From the NCBI GenBank assembly GCA_045633385.1, contig JAZQYE010000225.1, positions 1 to 37,144 on the forward strand: 37,144 nt of DNA, read 5' to 3'. Position numbers and translations under genes: made by a program. Position 1 is the stretch's first letter. Each line of letters begins with the position of its first letter. Positions 31,801 to 37,144 of the stretch are shown here, in pieces. The notes below the pieces were generated by a model, which had not been told where the DNA came from, did not search any database, and saw only the letters and a list, made by a program, of their open reading frames with translations. Source of the stretch: Eubacteriales bacterium. Lineage in GTDB: Bacteria; Bacillota; Clostridia; Oscillospirales; CAG-272.

Positions 31801-34800
31801 TCGGCTGTCAGTACAGTGATATTCGTCTGTCGGGCGGAACGCTGGTCGAGTCCGAGGTCTTTATGGACTTGAACTTTACCCAGCCCATCGAAATTCCCGA
31901 AAACGTCACCTTAGAGCAACACGCGTTCGTGCGCTGCACGGGTGAGATCATCTTTTTGGCGTATGCTCCCGAGGTGCCCAAGGCATACGAGGGTGAGACA
32001 GAGGCGGAGCAGGCAGACCGCGAGGCAAAGCAAGCGGAGCTTGACCAATATATTGCAACCTACACCTCCGTGCTGCAGGATTGCAACGGCTTGACCATTT
32101 ATGCGTATGCAAATTTGGGCGAGCTTTGGCAGGGTGCAGGCTCCGGCTTTGCCCCCAACTATAACCAGATCAAGGATAGTGGTACCTGCGGCGACGCAAG
32201 ATACGTCCTGATCAAAACCATTGATCGATATTATAACAAGGCGCTTGGCGTTTTGCTTTGCTACGGCGACGGCACACTCGGCTCCTTTGATCCCAAGGGA
32301 AAGAATTCCTACCACGATTACACCACCGACCAATTGGGCGTTAGTATCAAAGAGGCGATCGTCAGCAACGGCATCGACGTCATTGGTGCAAATTCGTTCG
32401 TCAATTTTGGTATGATTACGTCCCTGCGTTTGGGTAAGGACGTGCAAAAAATTGAGGCAGGTGCCATTTACGGCAACATTCAGCTTGCAAGTATCTTCTT
32501 TGAGGGCGACTGTCCCTTGATCGACAAGCACGCGTTTACGAGCGACCCGAGCAAGAGCCAGGGCAATGACTCCCATTTGAAGATCGCATACGATAAGGAT
32601 TCGCACGGCTGGAGCTATAACGGCAAGGCTTATCAGTCCTTTATCCACGGCGAGGGTCTTTCGGTCAAGGAGTACGTGGACGGCACGACCTATCTGGTCA
32701 CCACCGATATGGATCTGACGCCGATCGACCGTAACAACACCGACCGCTACGGTATCATTTACGAGATCCAATACAACCCCCACAGACCCGAGGAGGCTGT
32801 ATCGGCTATCGTCAGCGGCTACAACCCCGTTACTAGCACCGAGAAGGATATCGTCATTCCGTTGCGCATTCTGAGCGGTACCGATCCGCTCCCCGTTATC
32901 GGAATCAAGGAGTCTGCCTTTGGTGCGGGAATCAGCAAAACAGAGCTTGAGACCATTACCATCCAAACGCAAAACATCGAAAGCATTGGCTCCAAGGCGT
33001 TTACCAAGTGCGAGGCACAAATTTATTTTGTTGGCGATAACGTCAAAGTGGTTGATGATAAAGAGGTTCCCAAAATAGAGGTTGCCGCCGATGCGTTTGA
33101 CCAAGGCTCTTACATTGTGGTCAACCAGAGCGCTAAGGGCTGGGGCAGTACGCTTCAAAGCGCTACGGTCTACCAATCTGCCGTTCTGACGGGAACGCAG
33201 GATCAAAACGGCGTTTATTACACCGTCGATCTGCAAAACAACACGGCGATCGTAGGTAAAAAGTCCTCGCAAAGCGACGAGGAAAGCTCGGTCAACACCA
33301 GCAACGCGACCCTGCGTAACGTCGTCATTCCCGCATTCGTTACCTACAACGACCGCCTTTACATGGTAGTCGGCTTTGACCGCTACGCATTTTACGGCAA
33401 CAAGAACGTAGAAAGCATTACGTTCAGCCGCTTTGTAGGTGAGGGACAGAGCGAGGCAGTTCCCGCAATTTGGGATTGCACCTTCCGCGATACCGATCAC
33501 CTCAAGAGCATTACGGTAGATGGAACCAACCTGCGCAACTACGTTGCCGTTGACGGCGTTTTGTACGGCAACGCGCTGGAGGCAGAGGGCGAAAATCTTG
33601 TCTTTACCCGACTGATCAAGTATCCCGAGGCAAAGGCGCCTGCAAACGGCGTTGTCAACCTTCCTTCCGATGCGACCTACAATATTACGGTCATTGAAAC
33701 CTACGCCTTTGCAGGAAACGAGAATATCAAGACCGTAAACCTTGCTTCGGTCAACGTTATCGGTTCTCACGCATTCTGGAACTGCACCGCCCTGACCACG
33801 CTGAGCGGCAATTATCAGATCCACGACGTGGGCGACTCCGCGTTTGAAAACACGGCGCTCACCAAATTCCAATTCTCCGATACGCTTGCCACCATCGGCA
33901 CGCGCGCCTTCTACGACTCCAAGCTTTCGGGCGTGCAGGAGATCAACCACAACGTCATTTCGATCGGTGACGGCGCGTTTGGAAGATGTACCGATATTTC
34001 GGGCTTTGTATTCCGCGATTACGGTGCAGGCGAATCGGTGCGTTACCTGACCCAAAGCATTACGGGCAACTACCGCGTTGACCTGCAAGGCGAGGGCAAC
34101 GTTTACGGCGTACTGTTTGATTTCAGCAATGCGCACCTGCCCGTTTTGTTGCAGTATGCAATCACGTTTAAGCAAGGGGAAAACGAGTCTATCGTTTACG
34201 ATATGAGCGATGGCACGCATCTGGTTCCTTACCAGATCGCGTCCGAGGCATTCTGGGGCTCCCGTTACCTCAAGGAAGTGATCCTGCACGACGATACCAA
34301 GCTGGTTGGCAGCCAGGCGTTTGCCGACTGTGCAAAATTGGAGTACGTCAAGTTTGGTGCAGGCTACTACGGCAGCAGCACCGACCCCGTCTCCGGTATT
34401 TACAGCTACAACCTCTTTATCGATAGCTCCGCGCTCGATTACATCGAGGTATCTAAGGATAACCCGTACTTCTGCAACGATAGCAACGGCGTATTGTATT
34501 CCAAGGATCTTTCCGTCCTTTACTGCTATCCCGCAGGTATTCAACGCGTCAGCTACAACGTTCCCGCATCTGTTACAAAGATCTACGATTCCGCCTTTTA
34601 CGGCAACACCAACGTCAAGCAGATCGTTGTGGGCACTACACAGCACATCTACATCGGTTCCCGTGCGTTTGGTAACTGTACCAATTTGAATACGGTTTAC
34701 TACGTGTGCGAAACCGTTCCCACCGTGGGTGAAAAGATCTACGATAACACCCCCGATACGCTTTACACGCGCTTTAAGTCGAGCTTTGCACAAGAGGGCT

Positions 34801-37144
34801 GGAAGGGCTTTGAGGGCGGTAAAAACAACGCGGAGGTGCGTTGGTGCGAGCGCAAGATCGGCTCTTACGAGGTGATCAACGAGGTACCCAACGGCTCGGT
34901 CGAGACCAACGATTACCTGATGTTCATCAAGGGCACCGACGGCTCGGCGCTCAGCGACGTTTACCTCATCGTTACCGTTTACGCCATCGATTTTTACACC
35001 GAGGGCGAGGGCGAGGATGCGGTAGAGGTCATGACGCTCATTCCGCACAAGTTCTACTTTTACACCGACGACCTTGGCAGGATCAATTTCTCCACCGTGA
35101 TCAACGATAAAACGCTTGACCGCCTGATCCACGTTTACGCGCAAAAGGAAGGCTACTACACCTACGATCAGGATATGTATATCGACAACGATATGCTCAT
35201 CTCCTATCTGACCCTGACGCAAGAGCCCGACGTATTTGGCGTTAGCTGTGGAAACAAGGACATCAACAGCCAAACGGCAGACCTCAACCTGTCGCTCTAC
35301 CGCGAGAGCTACACCTACACCGTAAACGACGGCACGACCTCTACCGAAATGGAAAAGATCGTGTACGAGAGCATTACCATCAAGGTTCTCGGCTTCTGGG
35401 ATCCTGCCTGCACCGATCCGAGCTTCTCGCTCATTCAATGCGGCAAAAAGCTGGATGCCATTGTAGAGGTGGACGGCAACAACTGCACCTTTACGGTCAG
35501 TGCCGATCAATTGGTCAAGGATATGCCCATCGAGGCGCGCGTTGCCGTGAAGAACGGCAAGGATATTTTGGAGTGCCGCAAGGTGCTCAATATCAACGTC
35601 ATCGATTTTGAATTGGACGAGAACAACGTCAAGTTCGACTTTGGCACCAATATCTCCTTGGCTGACGGTCCGGAGCTGTTTAAGATGCTCTTTGGCTCGG
35701 CAGAGTTTGAGCTGGAGCTCTCCAAAAACGTCAAGTTCAAGACCGAGATCAACGAAAGTCAGGTCATTTTGAGCCTGACCGCCAAGTATTCCACCCCCGG
35801 AAACAAGGATAACCCCAAAAAGGGCTACGAATCCAATTTGAAGCCGCACGGAAAGGGAAGCTACTTCTACCAATACTACGACGGTTTCTTTACCTACAAT
35901 ATTCGCTTTGTGCAATCCGAGGCAGACCACTTCTTCTATTATCGCATCTACGTTTACCGCGGCTTGCCGGGTATGGACTACGGAGATTCGATCATCGAGG
36001 CATACGGCTCTGTCAACCTCTCTCCGTTTGAGGCACAGCTCATCGGACGCGAAAAGGTGCGCGCACGTGCGCTGATGATCTTTGGTACGACGAGAAACAA
36101 GATCGTTGAGACCATTACCGACAAGTGGGAGGAGACCTTTGACGGTACGCTGGATCTGAACAAGCTGTTTGAGGATGGACTGCCGCACGAGTGGAACCTT
36201 AAGGATCTGTTAGAGGATTACAAGCCGATCAAGGAAGATTTTGTTGAGATCAAGAACGACGGCAAAACGCAGGTCAGCAACAGCCACAAGTTTGATGCAA
36301 GCGTTGAGGGTAAGCTGGTATTTGAATACTCGCGCGAGGATGGTATTCATCTGGCGTCCGGCTCGGTAAAGGGCGCGGTCAAATACACCTTTAAGCACAA
36401 TTCCCAATACGTCATTTGGACCATTCCCGTTATTTTGGAGGTCGAGGTATCGGTCAGCGGCGAGGTCAATTTGAAGCTGCGCTTTGACAGCGAGGAAAAG
36501 CCCGTTGACTTAGAGGAGCTTTCGGTCAAGCTTGCCGCAGATCTGAACGCATCCCTTGGTATCGGATGCTCCATTGCTTCCATCGGTCTTTACGGCAACG
36601 TCGGTACGGTGGTGATCTTTGATATTCTTCCCGAAACCGACGTTCGCTCCTGGGAGATCCACGGTGAGTTTGGCGCATACGTCAAAATTTTGTGGTACAC
36701 CAAAAAATTTGCCATCTGGTCGGGTAAAAAGTACATCATCGGCGGTGAGGAGCAAGCCGTGGCGGCAAACACCTGGAGATTTGCACGCGCCGCAATGTTC
36801 TTAGCCGACACCTACGAATACTCTACCGACTGTGAAGAAAACGCACAGATCATATCCTTTGGAAACGAGCATTATAAGATCTACTTCCATACGCAAATGG
36901 AAGGGGACGTGTACGACGAGTACAACTGCATCAAGCTCGTGATGTCCAAGTGGGATGGCAGTCAATGGGGTGAGCCCGTTGTCATCGACACAGCGGACGG
37001 CTACAGCGATGCCGCATACACGGTATTTACGGATGCCAAGAACGTATATATCGCCTACACCCAGCAAACCAAGTACATGACTGCCGAAACCATCAACGAT
37101 ACCGAGGCAGGTGCCGAGGGGTTGTCTCTCAAGCTGATCACGCT
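28839..37144 (+). CDS. Giant secreted multidomain protein (more than 2768 aa, 3' end outside the window): GLUG-like, Gly-rich, C-type lectin, BspA LRR_5 blocks, further unassigned domains
   Basis: Not in the ORF track because there is no in-window stop. I translated the frame by eye. ATG 28839 follows RBS GAGGTGG, and an in-frame TAG at 28797-28799 bounds it upstream. No stop occurs through 37144, and the reading ends with exactly 2 leftover nt. The N-terminus MKRSLLTRITSAFLAFVMVFLMIPASVFASFADA is a signal peptide, and recognisable domains occur throughout. Confidence 0.88.
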   Translation, partial: MKRSLLTRITSAFLAFVMVFLMIPASVFASFADALQNGADSRKDMTIVLVYDAEDFYNIRNDLKGTYILMNDIDLSGYSNWEPIGTVEAPFDGELLGSGYTVRGLQITALPESEDGDPVYVGLFGYNTGLIRDLRLEGSVTVNAQGVHAYLGSLVAYNDGNVINCYDGVDFTEYAVADNSLYGGVKNLDKTSGQAFELGADGTLTLKGSGKTYANYTVLIGESTLSAIYIFLQNVNLTDFVLDASAWTKDIYIISQGTSNSIRAKEDAIAINAPNANVIVLGDAPLTIYGGNGSNGEAGKTEQKDGTDGKSGKAAISANTLTVSLDNESVLALYGGNGGVGGNGAVGDSGKGETAAPGGTGGKGGNGGDGSTALTCSSLVAVTLINFYAGVGGKGGDGGKGGQGGTGKSTSFYTDFGGALGTQSDAAKNWANSFESSAKSANKGGTGGDGGYGGKGGDALPPIVASNVVGSFNQFAGTIGISGNGGMGGAGGSGGTCYVSACYQNWGDKYHNRTWYGSVGDSKESVQRDNYGNGISQVSWSIQTISGGKQYNLYTVADKITYGSALQKANGYGEKLVSVNSAEEQAIVAKLQALAGDGQYWLGLTRKAVYQNEAALDLWVWEDGTEFSENNPAVYTNWGAGEPNNSGENEWYAHLSTGGFWNDAMGDSLLAGFITEKDVAVTVAPTIVKTFYGYHTVDAVETCAGETLDTNYPTDIYVDATSVQGAYYVGTESNPYAVLLAVSSKTDSAYNVHSKTEFIYFGAFGGCTTVKAVKIPENVRGIGPRAFYDCEKLVQVITTAPINEIARYAFAECNALSDMKLVDHKEDLRIGQNAFQNCSALTDIVIPAGTTQIGAYAFAGAKKLKAITIAAGIEELGAHAFANCEKLTTVTVAQNAKLKVIGDFAFENCVSLTGVRFPDTLERIGISAFQNNTSLQYIYVPAAVSFIGAKAFYACPAVTSIVVAEGNETYYSGTSNCLVERASGRIFVGCQYSDIRLSGGTLVESEVFMDLNFTQPIEIPENVTLEQHAFVRCTGEIIFLAYAPEVPKAYEGETEAEQADREAKQAELDQYIATYTSVLQDCNGLTIYAYANLGELWQGAGSGFAPNYNQIKDSGTCGDARYVLIKTIDRYYNKALGVLLCYGDGTLGSFDPKGKNSYHDYTTDQLGVSIKEAIVSNGIDVIGANSFVNFGMITSLRLGKDVQKIEAGAIYGNIQLASIFFEGDCPLIDKHAFTSDPSKSQGNDSHLKIAYDKDSHGWSYNGKAYQSFIHGEGLSVKEYVDGTTYLVTTDMDLTPIDRNNTDRYGIIYEIQYNPHRPEEAVSAIVSGYNPVTSTEKDIVIPLRILSGTDPLPVIGIKESAFGAGISKTELETITIQTQNIESIGSKAFTKCEAQIYFVGDNVKVVDDKEVPKIEVAADAFDQGSYIVVNQSAKGWGSTLQSATVYQSAVLTGTQDQNGVYYTVDLQNNTAIVGKKSSQSDEESSVNTSNATLRNVVIPAFVTYNDRLYMVVGFDRYAFYGNKNVESITFSRFVGEGQSEAVPAIWDCTFRDTDHLKSITVDGTNLRNYVAVDGVLYGNALEAEGENLVFTRLIKYPEAKAPANGVVNLPSDATYNITVIETYAFAGNENIKTVNLASVNVIGSHAFWNCTALTTLSGNYQIHDVGDSAFENTALTKFQFSDTLATIGTRAFYDSKLSGVQEINHNVISIGDGAFGRCTDISGFVFRDYGAGESVRYLTQSITGNYRVDLQGEGNVYGVLFDFSNAHLPVLLQYAITFKQGENESIVYDMSDGTHLVPYQIASEAFWGSRYLKEVILHDDTKLVGSQAFADCAKLEYVKFGAGYYGSSTDPVSGIYSYNLFIDSSALDYIEVSKDNPYFCNDSNGVLYSKDLSVLYCYPAGIQRVSYNVPASVTKIYDSAFYGNTNVKQIVVGTTQHIYIGSRAFGNCTNLNTVYYVCETVPTVGEKIYDNTPDTLYTRFKSSFAQEGWKGFEGGKNNAEVRWCERKIGSYEVINEVPNGSVETNDYLMFIKGTDGSALSDVYLIVTVYAIDFYTEGEGEDAVEVMTLIPHKFYFYTDDLGRINFSTVINDKTLDRLIHVYAQKEGYYTYDQDMYIDNDMLISYLTLTQEPDVFGVSCGNKDINSQTADLNLSLYRESYTYTVNDGTTSTEMEKIVYESITIKVLGFWDPACTDPSFSLIQCGKKLDAIVEVDGNNCTFTVSADQLVKDMPIEARVAVKNGKDILECRKVLNINVIDFELDENNVKFDFGTNISLADGPELFKMLFGSAEFELELSKNVKFKTEINESQVILSLTAKYSTPGNKDNPKKGYESNLKPHGKGSYFYQYYDGFFTYNIRFVQSEADHFFYYRIYVYRGLPGMDYGDSIIEAYGSVNLSPFEAQLIGREKVRARALMIFGTTRNKIVETITDKWEETFDGTLDLNKLFEDGLPHEWNLKDLLEDYKPIKEDFVEIKNDGKTQVSNSHKFDASVEGKLVFEYSREDGIHLASGSVKGAVKYTFKHNSQYVIWTIPVILEVEVSVSGEVNLKLRFDSEEKPVDLEELSVKLAADLNASLGIGCSIASIGLYGNVGTVVIFDILPETDVRSWEIHGEFGAYVKILWYTKKFAIWSGKKYIIGGEEQAVAANTWRFARAAMFLADTYEYSTDCEENAQIISFGNEHYKIYFHTQMEGDVYDEYNCIKLVMSKWDGSQWGEPVVIDTADGYSDAAYTVFTDAKNVYIAYTQQTKYMTAETINDTEAGAEGLSLKLIT
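30445..30870 (+). other. C-type lectin-like domain (Lectin_C, PF00059-like) inside the giant CDS
   Basis: GEKLVSVNSAEEQAIV, YWLGLT, GEPNN (EPN at 30762-30770) and FWNDA (WND at 30819-30827), in the canonical order and spacing of Ca-dependent carbohydrate-recognition domains. Confidence 0.75.

Noticed and set aside
31911-36188. 1425-aa minus-strand ORF, the longest entry in the ORF track
   Set aside because: It is an antisense shadow of the plus-strand frame that is open across 28839-37144. Its translation is V/L/R/G/D/N-rich with no recognisable domain, signal peptide or RBS. The plus frame yields LRR_5 repeats and other coherent domains. Strong third-position bias on the plus strand depletes stops in the antisense frame.

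Overview
37.1-kb chromosomal segment, most likely from a spore-forming Firmicute. The Clostridia-like signals are an alpha/beta-type SASP gene, TGnTATAAT extended -10 promoters and BspA-type LRR surface proteins; GC is roughly 50-55 % by eye. LEFT THIRD: a large LRR lipoprotein, a HAD phosphatase, a 733-aa cytoplasmic helical-barrel-like protein, two tandem paralogous small lipoproteins, nagA and an SASP gene. It also holds a low-GC (about 40 %) LRR lipoprotein gene that looks horizontally acquired, and a response regulator (REC plus SARP-like wHTH) paired with a 7TM LytS-type histidine kinase. CENTRE (the part I consider most novel): a Cache-HAMP-GGDEF cyclase gene is followed by a near-consensus promoter and a clear c-di-GMP-I (GEMM-I) riboswitch with a terminator expression platform. 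These sit in front of a tightly packed 8-gene, about 12.9-kb operon. The operon joins the enigmatic triad of VTC-domain protein, DUF4956 membrane protein and secreted CotH kinase to a synthase-dependent exopolysaccharide module. That module comprises a membrane-anchored GH-A-like protein, a HEAT-like membrane protein, a processive GT2 synthase with QRKRW and a CE4 deacetylase lipoprotein. The operon also encodes a 1208-aa protein with a degenerate GGDEF and an apparently intact EAL, a duplicated unassigned module and an EExPV repeat tail. RIGHT: a secreted protein gene of more than 2768 aa (GLUG-like, Gly-rich, EPN/WND C-type lectin, BspA LRRs). It is absent from the supplied ORF track because it runs off the window; the 1425-aa minus-strand ORF there is an antisense shadow. 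I recognised no rRNA, tRNA, CRISPR array, transposase or integrase. All family assignments come from reading motifs by eye; no database search was possible.
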